64,000 nt of DNA from contig CAZOLG010000003.1 of the NCBI GenBank assembly GCA_964580935.1, positions 217,098-281,097 on the forward strand. The letters run 5' to 3'. Each line of letters opens with the position of its first letter. Position 1 is the first letter of the stretch. Positions 9,040-18,368 of the stretch are shown here, piece after piece. This DNA comes from an uncultured Methanomassiliicoccales archaeon (GTDB lineage: Archaea > Thermoplasmatota > Thermoplasmata > Methanomassiliicoccales > CAZOLG01). Below the pieces are notes generated by a model, which saw only the letters and a program-made list of their open reading frames with translations, searched no databases and was not told the DNA's origin. Position numbers and translations under genes: made by a program.

Positions 9040-10437
9040 TCACATGGCCCGGGCGGCGTAGATCGCCTTCTCCGTCTCCGCGCCGCACACTACACATTCC
9101 CCTTTGAATTCTTCCTGCTCGTAGCGAGTGCCAAGTATGCTGATGCCGCCCCGCTCTTCTATTTCCTTGCCACATTCCTTGGCCCCGCACCACCCCATCT
9201 TCAATATCTTCTCCGGTACATCTTCCAGGTCTTCTATGGTGACTATGGCCTCTTCCAGCTCTTCTCTGGTTCGTCCCCGGAGCTCCTCTGCAATCCGGTC
9301 CAGGATTTGGGGTACCTCGGTGACCAGGTCTTCTCTATCGAACACTTCCCTCTCCATCAGGTCTCTTCTCGCATAGGTGACCACACCGTTCTCCATGTCC
9401 CTGGGCCCCAGCTCCAGCCTGAGGGGGACACCCTTGATCTCCCAGTCATAGAACTTGCTCCCCGGCCTGTCGTCCCTTTCATCCATGTGCACCCTGATGC
9501 CCGCCTCTTTTAGCTCCTCGAATATCTTCTCGCAGGCGGCGTTGATCTCCTCTCCCTTGTTTTTAGCCAGGATGGGCACGATGACCACCTGGTAGGGGGC
9601 CACTTCCGGAGGCATGATCAGCCCCACATCATCACCGTGCACGCCGACCAGGGCACCGACCAGCCTCTCACTCATTCCGAAGGTTGTCTGATGGACGTAC
9701 TTCATATCCCCTTCTGGATCCTCGTACTGAATCCCGAACGGTCGGGAGAAGTTCTCTCTGTAGTGGTGGATGCTACCCAGCTGCAGTGTCCTTCCATGGG
9801 GCAGTATGGTATCGATTCCTACCGTGTAGTAGGCGCCGGGGAACTTGTCCCACTCCGTTCTTTTCAGCAGCAGATAGGAGAGGCACAGCCTGTCCATGAT
9901 GCGCTCCAGGATCTCAAAATCCTCTTCCACCTGTCTCTGTGCATCTCCCTCGTCCACGTGGCAGGTGTGTGACTCGAAGAAATGGATCTCCCTGACCCTG
10001 ATGAACGATTTGGTCTGCTTGGTCTCGTATCTGAAGGTGTTGACGATCTGGAAGGTCTTGAGCGGCAGATCGGTGTGAGACCTGACCCACAGTGCGAACA
10101 TCGGGTACATGGCAGTCTCGCTGGTTGGCCTCAGCACAAGCCTAACATCGAGAGGATTCAGGCCAGCGTGAGTCACCCAGTATACTTCTTCGTCGAACCC
10201 CTTGATGTGCTCTTTCTCCTTCTCGAACTCTGTCTCGGGTATAAGAAGCGGAAAATTAACTTCTTCATGTTCCGTTCTCTCCATCTCATCCCGGATGAAG
10301 GTATCGATCTGTCTCATGATATTCCATCCGTACGGAGTCCAGACATTCATTCCCTTGACCGGGTAACGCTTGTCTGTAAGATGAGCCCGCTTCACTACTT
10401 CGTTATACCATTCGGCAAAGTCCTCGTCTTTCTTCAT
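9040..10437 (-). CDS. proS: Prolyl-tRNA synthetase, archaeal/eukaryotic type
   Basis: Class II aaRS motifs (VNTFRYETKQTKSFIRVREIHFFESH), an anticodon-binding domain, and a C-terminal zinc-binding domain (WCGAKECG...CVVCG). Confidence 0.95.
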   Translation of the reverse strand: MKKDEDFAEWYNEVVKRAHLTDKRYPVKGMNVWTPYGWNIMRQIDTFIRDEMERTEHEEVNFPLLIPETEFEKEKEHIKGFDEEVYWVTHAGLNPLDVRLVLRPTSETAMYPMFALWVRSHTDLPLKTFQIVNTFRYETKQTKSFIRVREIHFFESHTCHVDEGDAQRQVEEDFEILERIMDRLCLSYLLLKRTEWDKFPGAYYTVGIDTILPHGRTLQLGSIHHYRENFSRPFGIQYEDPEGDMKYVHQTTFGMSERLVGALVGVHGDDVGLIMPPEVAPYQVVIVPILAKNKGEEINAACEKIFEELKEAGIRVHMDERDDRPGSKFYDWEIKGVPLRLELGPRDMENGVVTYARRDLMEREVFDREDLVTEVPQILDRIAEELRGRTREELEEAIVTIEDLEDVPEKILKMGWCGAKECGKEIEERGGISILGTRYEQEEFKGECVVCGAETEKAIYAARAM

Positions 10438-10498
10438 AGCTGTACACCTTCAGAGGGGATTGCGATAACATCCCATCTAAGTATAAATATTTCCTGCC

Positions 10499-11359
10499 CT
10501 AGTCAGCCCCTGTGATGACCTCTGCTATCTGGGGTGCCACCGAGATCTTGGATACTCTGCCTTCCAGGGTGTTGGTGGAGACCACATCGTCGCACTCTTC
10601 CATCAGCCTCTCCAGAGCACCCTCGGCGAATAGGCCGTGAGTGCATGCGGCCACCACCCTCCTTGCTCCCCCTTTCTTGAGCTCTTCGTTGGCGGCACTT
10701 ATCGTACCCCCGGTGGAGATGATGTCGTCCACTATCAACACGTTATCCCCCTCTACTTCCAGGTCCTTGGGAGACATCTTCACGTTCTTGCCATTGACCC
10801 TGGTCTTCACCAGGTAGTCCCAGTTGGCACCCATCATGGAGGCCACCTTTCTTGCCCTGTCAGCGGCCCCTTCATCAGGTGCCAGCACGGTATCGATTTT
10901 CTTGTCCCTGAAGAAAGCACCGATGCTCGGGGCGGCCTCGACATTCGTCCCTTCTGCTTCATCGAACCATCTGAGGATGTCAGGGGTGTGTATGTCGACG
11001 GTGATCACGCGGTCAGAGAACAGCTGTATGTGCCTGGCCATGGCCCGGGCACTGTTGGCCTCGCCAGGTTCGAACCTCCTGTCCTGTCGTGCATATCCAT
11101 AGTAAGGCACGACTGTGGTAAGCGTATCGGCGCCCAGCCCCTCGACAGCCTCCTGAAGTAGGAACAGTTCTACCATGGCCTGATCAGGGTAGGAGTTCTG
11201 TACCAGCACCACGTCATCGTCTATCTCTTCCCTGCGGACCCTCACGTAGCACTCGCCGTCCGGAAACCTCCTGACATCCGCCTGTATGTATTCGGCACCC
11301 AACCGAGAAGCCAGATGTTCGGCCAGGCCCTTTGAAGAAGATCCCCCTATTACGATCAT
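10499..11359 (-). CDS. prs: Ribose-phosphate pyrophosphokinase
   Basis: PRPP-binding loop LIVDDIISTGGT and a Prs-like N-terminal half (FPDGE.YVR). Confidence 0.9.
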   Translation of the reverse strand: MIVIGGSSSKGLAEHLASRLGAEYIQADVRRFPDGECYVRVRREEIDDDVVLVQNSYPDQAMVELFLLQEAVEGLGADTLTTVVPYYGYARQDRRFEPGEANSARAMARHIQLFSDRVITVDIHTPDILRWFDEAEGTNVEAAPSIGAFFRDKKIDTVLAPDEGAADRARKVASMMGANWDYLVKTRVNGKNVKMSPKDLEVEGDNVLIVDDIISTGGTISAANEELKKGGARRVVAACTHGLFAEGALERLMEECDDVVSTNTLEGRVSKISVAPQIAEVITGAD

Positions 11360-11513
11360 CCTCGGTTAATATGATTCGTACATTTTATACCTAATGAACG
11401 ATAGGGGATGATATCGTGGAAGGTCTCAACCAAGTTCTCCATATATTCGCAGTATGGCCGCATAAATCCGCCTGGCATGGGCTGGAGGCCAGTATGTTCT
11501 CATTCGGAAAAGC

Positions 11514-11521
11514 TTTTATCA
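11514..11521 (+). promoter_or_regulatory. TATA box (TTTTATCA) preceded by GAAAAGC BRE-like element
   Basis: Centred about 31 nt upstream of the ATG at 11549. It shares the AAAGCTT-TAT core with elements at 27721-27733 and 43473-43485 (minus strand). Confidence 0.35.
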
Positions 11522-11548
11522 TCTCCACATAATATACGGGTGGATGGG

Positions 11549-13078
11549 ATGCAAATGGAATCAGAGGTTGCAGTGGATTTGCCCCACAGCGAGAAATCCC
11601 CTCAGAAGGGGGAAGACAGTCAGGATTGTGTGGGCATAATCTATGGCAACGTGGGAACTACTTCATTCAGGTTCAGAGTCAACGGAAGATTGGAGAGGAT
11701 GGAATACGTCCAGACCGAGCACGACAACGTGGGGTGGGTGCTGGGCCAGGTGATGAGTATTGAGAGAAGGACCAACCTTTCTTTAGACAAAGCTCAGAAG
11801 ATATCAGATGGAGAGGAATTCGACATTCAGGAGAAGGTGAGGGCTGAAGTGGAGGTAATCGGATACAGGGACGACCGCAACCTGCTTCAGGTGCCCCGCA
11901 CCCCGTTCAGGGCCGGAAGTAAGGTCTACAGGGGTTCGGACAGTTTGATCATGGACGTGGTGGGGCTGAGAGACGGCACGGACACCGGCGCCTACCTGGG
12001 CCTGCTGATGGGCCATGATATCAAGGTGGAGATGGACATCAACGCCATGGTCCAGAAGCATGTTAGTATTCTGGCCAAGACCGGTGGAGGAAAGAGCTTC
12101 CTGTGCGGGACGCTGATCGAGGAGCTGATGAAGCACGACGTGACTGTGCTGGTCATCGACCCTCACGGCGAGTACAACTCCATGAAGGAGAAGGCCAAGC
12201 CGATGGAGAGTAAGCGGGACTTCGGCGTTACCCCCAGAGGATATTCAGACAAGATCATCGAATTCGCCACCGATACCACTGTGAATAAGAAGGCGAAGCC
12301 GTTGACTTTTACACTGGCCAACCTGGAGGCCAGGGAGCTGCTGGGACTCACCAACATCAATAACGTCCGTTCATACATCAGTGGCCTCAGGAAAGCAATT
12401 GACATGCTGAAGAGCGCCAAGAAGGACTATTCTATCGACGACATCGTCCGGGTACTTGACGCTGAAGAGGAGAACAAGTATTCCACGCTGATCGATGAGC
12501 TGGAGTATCTCAATGAGATAGACATCTTCGCCGATAAGGGCACCAGGATCGATGAGCTGATAGTGAAAGGAAAGACCACCGTCATCAACCTGAAGGGGAC
12601 GCCTCCTGACATCCAGGAGCTGATCGTGAACAGGATCTGCACCGCGCTGTTCGAACTGCGCAAGATCGATGAGATACCCCCCCTCATGCTGGTGGTGGAA
12701 GAGGCCCACAACTACTGCCCCCAGCAGGGGAAGGTGGCCTCCAGCAAGGTCTTCAGGTCGATCGCCTCCGAGGGCAGGAAGTTCGGACTGGGGATGACCA
12801 TCATCACTCAAAGACCGGCCAAGGTGGACAAGAACGTGCTCAGCCAGTGTAACACTCAGATGATTCTGAAGGTGACCAACCCCAACGACTTGAGGGCCAT
12901 CACCTCATCGGTGGAGGGACTCAGATCGGGCATGTCCGATGAGATACAGAGGCTGCCCATAGGCGTGGCTCTGGTGATGGGAGGTAATATTCAGATGCCC
13001 CTGTTGGTGGAGGTCAGGCCCAGAGAGAGCAAGCACGGTGGGGAGAGCGTGGAAATCGTGAACTCGAAGAGGGTGTGA
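11549..13078 (+). CDS. HerA/FtsK-like (DUF87) P-loop ATPase
   Basis: N-terminal HAS-barrel-like region, Walker A AKTGGGKS, and Walker B LMLVVEEAHNY. The start is moved to ATG 11549 (MQMESEV) on the basis of promoter spacing. Confidence 0.75.
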   Translation: MQMESEVAVDLPHSEKSPQKGEDSQDCVGIIYGNVGTTSFRFRVNGRLERMEYVQTEHDNVGWVLGQVMSIERRTNLSLDKAQKISDGEEFDIQEKVRAEVEVIGYRDDRNLLQVPRTPFRAGSKVYRGSDSLIMDVVGLRDGTDTGAYLGLLMGHDIKVEMDINAMVQKHVSILAKTGGGKSFLCGTLIEELMKHDVTVLVIDPHGEYNSMKEKAKPMESKRDFGVTPRGYSDKIIEFATDTTVNKKAKPLTFTLANLEARELLGLTNINNVRSYISGLRKAIDMLKSAKKDYSIDDIVRVLDAEEENKYSTLIDELEYLNEIDIFADKGTRIDELIVKGKTTVINLKGTPPDIQELIVNRICTALFELRKIDEIPPLMLVVEEAHNYCPQQGKVASSKVFRSIASEGRKFGLGMTIITQRPAKVDKNVLSQCNTQMILKVTNPNDLRAITSSVEGLRSGMSDEIQRLPIGVALVMGGNIQMPLLVEVRPRESKHGGESVEIVNSKRV

Positions 13079-13079
13079 G

Positions 13080-13373
13080 ATGGAAACAGAGATCTCCAGG
13101 GAGAAGATAGAGAAGTATCTGGAGATCACCCGTCGGGCACTGGATAAGGTCCGGGTCTGTCCCCCTGCCCGCTCTTTCGGCCGCAGGATGTCAGAGGACT
13201 TCCTGAACATGGCCAATTCGTACTACGAGGACGCCGTGCATTTCAAAGAGGAGGGCGATTTCGTCAACGCCTTTGCCTGCGTCAACTACGCACATGGCTG
13301 GCTGGACTGTGGAGCCAGGATCGGGATATTCGATGTTGGAGGGGACGACAGTCTGTTCACTCTGTATGAGTGA
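13080..13373 (+). CDS. DUF357-family small protein (tentative)
   Basis: 97-aa helical protein with a YAHGWLDCGARIG motif. It begins 1 nt after the HerA-like stop (GTGTGAGATG), so the two are probably co-translated. Confidence 0.5.
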   Translation: METEISREKIEKYLEITRRALDKVRVCPPARSFGRRMSEDFLNMANSYYEDAVHFKEEGDFVNAFACVNYAHGWLDCGARIGIFDVGGDDSLFTLYE

Positions 13374-13390
13374 CCGTCACGGGAACACAC

Positions 13391-14260
13391 TCACCTGTCC
13401 GGTTCCATCAATCTGGGTCCCTTGATATCGGTGGTCACGCGGTAGGTGGTGCCCAGTCTCTGAAGTATGGTCTCCTGAGCATCCAGGTCTCCGGTGGAGA
13501 ACACAGAATTACCGATCATCACCATGCTCGCCGCTCCAGTCCCATCGAGCTGTTCGATGCACTCCTCAACACGGGGAGTGACCAGGCCGGTCTGGAAGGC
13601 AAACTCGCGACTCAATCTGAACAGATTTTCTACGGAGGGGTCTGCGACCATCTTCCGGACACACCTGCCCCCCGCGCGATTGATCCTCTCTACGACCCCC
13701 CCATCTGACAGCACGTCTGATGTCAGTATGCCCCTGTCCAGAGTGCATATCATCAGCTCCGGCTCCCCGGGGACCGTCCTCACCTCTCCCCGGGGGGGCA
13801 GTCCCGCCTTCACCCGGAAAGTAACCCCCCCTGCACTCAGGGCCGCCACGTCCCCCAGTCCGCCCTTGTTGACGATCTCGGAGCGGTGAGCGGCCTGGAA
13901 GGCCTTCTGCCGAGGAATACTCAGCAGTTCAGCGGTGGCCAGTGAGGCCGAGAGGGCTCCGGCCGCGCTCATCCCAAACCCCTGTGCCGTGGGAAGCTGG
14001 AGCTCGGTCTTCACATGAACTTGAAGGTCCTCATCCTCTACGAGGTACTTCAACGCTCCAGCGGTCACCGGCGCTCGGTCCTCCTTGCCATTGATGGTCA
14101 CCCTGATCTCCCTGTCACCCTTCTCCAGCTCCACCGAGCTCGTGGCTCCTCTTGAGATGCAGATACCAGCCCCTCGTGAACCCATCTGGAGCAGGTCCCG
14201 GTGTTCACATATCTGGAAGAATCCTGTTATGTGGGCAGGACAGAAGGCAGTGGCTCTCAT
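13391..14260 (-). CDS. Pantoate kinase (archaeal CoA pathway, GHMP kinase fold)
   Basis: N-terminus CPAHITGFF and GHMP motif PTAQGFGMSAAGALS. It overlaps coaBC by 4 nt. Confidence 0.7.
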   Translation of the reverse strand: MRATAFCPAHITGFFQICEHRDLLQMGSRGAGICISRGATSSVELEKGDREIRVTINGKEDRAPVTAGALKYLVEDEDLQVHVKTELQLPTAQGFGMSAAGALSASLATAELLSIPRQKAFQAAHRSEIVNKGGLGDVAALSAGGVTFRVKAGLPPRGEVRTVPGEPELMICTLDRGILTSDVLSDGGVVERINRAGGRCVRKMVADPSVENLFRLSREFAFQTGLVTPRVEECIEQLDGTGAASMVMIGNSVFSTGDLDAQETILQRLGTTYRVTTDIKGPRLMEPDR

Positions 14261-15459
14261 TCCATGACCTTTCGGATCTCGTTCAGTATATCGTCTGCCA
14301 CTTCGCCCTTGGTGCCCGAAAATCTCGCAATGGTTCGCCTTGTCAACAACAGAACGTCAGTCTTCCCGGTCTTCACATTCCTGAGGTCATTGGCAACGAT
14401 CGCGTCCAGATTGTCCCTTTCCAGCCTCCTTCGGGCCCTGTTTTCCAACTCCTCCTCGCCCAGGCCGTGTTCAGCCTTGAACCCCACCAGTGTGCAATCC
14501 TTCTTTCTAAGCACGGGCAGCAATTTGGGGAGGGGTCGGAGGGTGAGCAATATCTCTCCCTCATCGGAGGGGACCTTGCCCCCCCTTTTCTCAGGGGCGT
14601 AATCAGAAAGGGCAGCGGGCACCAGTATCAGGTCGTGGTCCGCTGCCTCTGCCATCTCAGTCAGTTCCTCCAGGGTGGTGTAATCTTTGACTTCAATGTA
14701 AGAGGGGATGTCCGTAGAATTACGACCCATCCAGAGCTCTATATCGCCCCCCTTGAAAAACGCTCTTTCGGCCAATCTGACCGCCGTCTCGCCGGTACCC
14801 CTGTTGGTGATCACCCTCATGTCGTCAATTGCCTCTTCAGATGACCCTCCGATGACCAGTACCTTCCTGCCTCGAAAGCTCCTGTCTCCCAGGGCGCGTA
14901 TTGTCCTGGCTACTATCTCACCCACTTCGGCCATCCTGGCCTTACCTTCTGCCATGTAGGGCCCGATCAGCCCCACGCCCATCCCCCTCAACTTCTCAAC
15001 GTTATCTTTTACCGCTGGATGGGAGTACATGGAGGCGTGCATTGCAGGTACCATCAATATGGGTACACCGGAACCCATGGCCACTGTGGCCGTGGTGGTG
15101 ACCGGGGTATCAGCAATACCCAACGCCACCTTGGAGATAGTGTTCGCCGTGCAGGGGGCGACCAGCATCAAGTCCACCCTCTCACCGTGGTCTCCACAGA
15201 GTCCCACGTGCTCCACCTGCCCCCTGATATCGGTGATCGGCGGTCTACCTGTGGCGAATTCGAGTGTGTCTGGGGTCACTATCTTCTCTGCCTCCGGGGT
15301 CAGCACCGCCGTGATGTCGGCGCCATGGCGGATCAGTTCCCTCGACAGCTCAAAGCACCTCACGGCCGCGATGCTCCCGGTGATACCGAGCACTATCCGC
15401 TTGCCCTCCAGTACTGAGTCCCTTTCTGATCTGATACTCTCTGCCGGATGCATCGCCAC
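14257..15459 (-). CDS. coaBC: Bifunctional phosphopantothenoylcysteine decarboxylase / phosphopantothenate-cysteine ligase
   Basis: The N-terminal flavoprotein domain carries GITGSIAA and PAMHASM. The C-terminal DFP ligase domain carries ITNRGTGETA. Confidence 0.85.
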   Translation of the reverse strand: MAMHPAESIRSERDSVLEGKRIVLGITGSIAAVRCFELSRELIRHGADITAVLTPEAEKIVTPDTLEFATGRPPITDIRGQVEHVGLCGDHGERVDLMLVAPCTANTISKVALGIADTPVTTTATVAMGSGVPILMVPAMHASMYSHPAVKDNVEKLRGMGVGLIGPYMAEGKARMAEVGEIVARTIRALGDRSFRGRKVLVIGGSSEEAIDDMRVITNRGTGETAVRLAERAFFKGGDIELWMGRNSTDIPSYIEVKDYTTLEELTEMAEAADHDLILVPAALSDYAPEKRGGKVPSDEGEILLTLRPLPKLLPVLRKKDCTLVGFKAEHGLGEEELENRARRRLERDNLDAIVANDLRNVKTGKTDVLLLTRRTIARFSGTKGEVADDILNEIRKVME

Positions 15460-15478
15460 ACAATTCCTTCAGAATAAC

Positions 15479-16153
15479 TTAAGTCTTCCTGAGGACAAAT
15501 GACATTACTTCGTTTACCACCGATTCCAGTGACTGGGTAGCGTCGATCACCACGAAGTCGGGGTCCTCATCGGCCAGCATGTCATAGATTTCCGCTACCT
15601 CCACCAGGAACTCCAGTCGTTCGAATCTGGTGAGAGACCTCCTGTTATTGATCCTCTCCAACGCCTCTTCAGGAGATATTCTCAACAGAAAGGTGAGATC
15701 GGGAGCGATCGTGGTGGGGGCGCTGACCGATTTCAACCATTCAAGCGCTTCATCCCCCTCCTGTTCTCGTAGCATCGCTCCCTGATAGGCCAGAGTGGAG
15801 GCGTTGTATCTATCACACACCACCACCATGTCCTCAGATAACCATCCTTTGATCCTTCTGGTGTGTTCAGCCCGGTCGGCCAGGAAGAGTAAAGCCTCGC
15901 TCAGGGCGCTCACCCTGGTCTCATTGCCCCTTCTGACACAATCCCCCATCCAGGTGCTGGTGGGTTCCGCGGTCTGCACCACCCGGGGACCCACTTCCTG
16001 CTCAATCCTCTCTGAAACCTCTCTGGCCACCGTGGTCTTTCCTGAACCATCGATACCTTCAAACACGAAGAAACGGCCCGAGGAGGTGGCGACAGCACTG
16101 TCGGAACTGATATCGCTCTCTTCCCGGGCGAGGAGATCGAGGTCTGAGGTCAT
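15479..16153 (-). CDS. tmk: Thymidylate kinase
   Basis: P-loop FEGIDGSGKTT, DRY-type motif (CDRYNAS), and a lid region. Confidence 0.85.
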   Translation of the reverse strand: MTSDLDLLAREESDISSDSAVATSSGRFFVFEGIDGSGKTTVAREVSERIEQEVGPRVVQTAEPTSTWMGDCVRRGNETRVSALSEALLFLADRAEHTRRIKGWLSEDMVVVCDRYNASTLAYQGAMLREQEGDEALEWLKSVSAPTTIAPDLTFLLRISPEEALERINNRRSLTRFERLEFLVEVAEIYDMLADEDPDFVVIDATQSLESVVNEVMSFVLRKT

Positions 16154-16201
16154 GTTAACTGAATCAGATTCCTCACTTAAGGAAGTTCTTATCTTCGGAC
16201 A

Positions 16202-17104
16202 CTAGTCCTCTCCCAGCTGTTGAATCATCTTGAGGACAGCTTCGGAGACGGGGCTGTTCACTCCGTGTTCCTCCCCCTTCCTCACGATGGGCCCCAGGAG
16301 AGCGTCCACCTCCAGCTTCTTCCCCGATAACAGATCGTTCAACATTGACGAGCGGGAATCACTCAGTGACTCCGCCAGATCAACGGCCCTATCTATCGAA
16401 TCTTCCGGAAGATCCAGTCCTTCTCCTTGAGCAACGGCCATCCCTTCATTCATGATGGACAGGGCAACATCAAGTGCCCCCTGGCAGGCCACGACCTCAC
16501 CGAAGGTAGACCTGGTGAGGGTGGTCACCGAGTTGAACGCGGCGTTGAAGATCAGCTTCTCCCACTTCTCTTGGAGTATGTCTTCGGACAGAGAGCACTC
16601 GACCCCTGCCCTCTTGAACACCTCGTGCATCTCCCCACTTCTATCCCCCTCATAGTCTCCTATAGAGATCGTGCCCACCGACCTGTGTTCAATGACCCCC
16701 GGTTCCAGGATCCCTGCACCTATGAACGCCACACCGCCCATTATTCTCTCCTTGCCGAACTCTTCGGCCAGTATCTCATCGTTCTCCACACCATTCTGCA
16801 GGCTTAGTATGACAGTTTCAGGCCCCACATTCTCTCTGATCGCTCTGATGCCCCCTTCCGTATCGTAGGACTTCACGGTGAACAGTATCAAATCGAAATC
16901 TCCCAGGCCGGATGGATCGTCGGTCGCCTCGGGGTAGACAACGAAATCTCCCTTGTAGCTGAGCACCCTCAATCCGTCATTCTTCATCGCTTCCAGGTGC
17001 TCCCCCCTGGTTACCATGGTCACCTCTTCGCCTCCCCTCTGAAGCAGGGCGCCGAAATAACCGCCCACGCCCCCTGCTCCCATAACCAACACTCTCATAG
17101 CCAT
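16202..17104 (-). CDS. panE: 2-dehydropantoate 2-reductase (ketopantoate reductase)
   Basis: Rossmann motif VMGAGGVGGYFG and an ApbA/PanE C-terminal domain with SMLNDL. Confidence 0.8.
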   Translation of the reverse strand: MAMRVLVMGAGGVGGYFGALLQRGGEEVTMVTRGEHLEAMKNDGLRVLSYKGDFVVYPEATDDPSGLGDFDLILFTVKSYDTEGGIRAIRENVGPETVILSLQNGVENDEILAEEFGKERIMGGVAFIGAGILEPGVIEHRSVGTISIGDYEGDRSGEMHEVFKRAGVECSLSEDILQEKWEKLIFNAAFNSVTTLTRSTFGEVVACQGALDVALSIMNEGMAVAQGEGLDLPEDSIDRAVDLAESLSDSRSSMLNDLLSGKKLEVDALLGPIVRKGEEHGVNSPVSEAVLKMIQQLGED

Positions 17105-17228
17105 TGTGTCATCTCCCGGATCAGGGCATCTTGTGTCAAAAGGTATCTACTAACTAATACTTTCCAGCCTCCACTCTTCGAAATCTTTTTCTATCCATGC
17201 ATAGATGAAAACTACGGGAGGAGATCTT

Positions 17229-18338
17229 ATGGAAATTACTGACGTCAGTGTGATCACCCTGGGGGAGGAACTCCCCGCACCGAGCGGGCTGTCCAGGGAC
17301 AGAGAAATCGGATTCAGGGGAGCGGCCCTGGTGGTTATCGATACCGATGAAGGGATACGGGGGGTCGGTGAGGGATACGGGCCCGAGTATTTCATCATCG
17401 ACACAATCGTGAAAAGGAAGTTCAGGCCCTGGTTGATGGGGGAGGACCCACTGGACATCGAGAGGCTGTGGAAGAAGATGCTCATGGAACCCGTCTACTG
17501 GGACCAGAAAGGACAGGGCGTCTCTGCTGCCAGCGGAGTGGACATGGCCCTATGGGACATAGTTGGGAAGTACTTCGGGTGTCCCACCTACAAACTCCTG
17601 GGAGGAGACGTGACAGAGGACGGGAGGTTGCAGGCCTACGCCAGCGACCTGTTCTGGGATACGCCGGAGAACATGGCAGAGAGTGCCAGAGAGCATGTCA
17701 AAAGGGGCTTCCCCGCGGTCAAGACCCACCTAGGACGCGGTCTGGAAGAAGATGAGAAGAGGGTGCTGGCCATCCAGGAGGCGATTGGTGACGCGGACCT
17801 GATGGTGGATATTAACTGCGGTTACGATCGAGTGGAGGCCCTGAAAGTGGGCAAGATGTTGCAGGACAGGGGCGTGTACTGGTACGAGGAGCCTCTGTCT
17901 CCTTACGACGTGGACGGTTACTCTTACCTGAAGAGCAAGCTGGACATACCCATCGCTACCGGGGAGAACGAGTACACCAAGTGGGGGTTCAAGGAGCTGT
18001 TCCTGAAGAACGGTGTCGATTACGCCATGCCGGATGTTATGAGGTGTGGAGGTATCACCGAGACGAAGAAGATATGTGCGCTGGCTGAGGCGTTCGACAC
18101 CATAGTAACTCCCCATTCGTACACCACGGGGGTCGGACTGGCGGCCACCATGCACCTGATGGCATGTTCTCCCATCTGCGAGTGGCTGGAACTGGACGTA
18201 ACACCGTACTCCCTGTACGACGTGTTCTTCAAGAAACCTCTGGATATCGATGATGGAGGAAGAGTGAAGGTACCGGAGGAGCCCGGACTGGGGGTCCATA
18301 TACCGGACGATGTCTTGGAGGAGTACTCCGTAGACTGA
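17229..18338 (+). CDS. Enolase-superfamily enzyme (mandelate racemase/muconate lactonizing family); substrate unknown
   Basis: Capping-domain pattern (MALWDIVGK) and barrel metal ligands in MVDINCGY / WYEEP / ATGENE. The ATG at 17229 is preceded by GGGAGGAG. Confidence 0.8.
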   Translation: MEITDVSVITLGEELPAPSGLSRDREIGFRGAALVVIDTDEGIRGVGEGYGPEYFIIDTIVKRKFRPWLMGEDPLDIERLWKKMLMEPVYWDQKGQGVSAASGVDMALWDIVGKYFGCPTYKLLGGDVTEDGRLQAYASDLFWDTPENMAESAREHVKRGFPAVKTHLGRGLEEDEKRVLAIQEAIGDADLMVDINCGYDRVEALKVGKMLQDRGVYWYEEPLSPYDVDGYSYLKSKLDIPIATGENEYTKWGFKELFLKNGVDYAMPDVMRCGGITETKKICALAEAFDTIVTPHSYTTGVGLAATMHLMACSPICEWLELDVTPYSLYDVFFKKPLDIDDGGRVKVPEEPGLGVHIPDDVLEEYSVD

Positions 18339-18368
18339 ACCCGTCGACTGAGCTGTTCGGCCTCCTTG

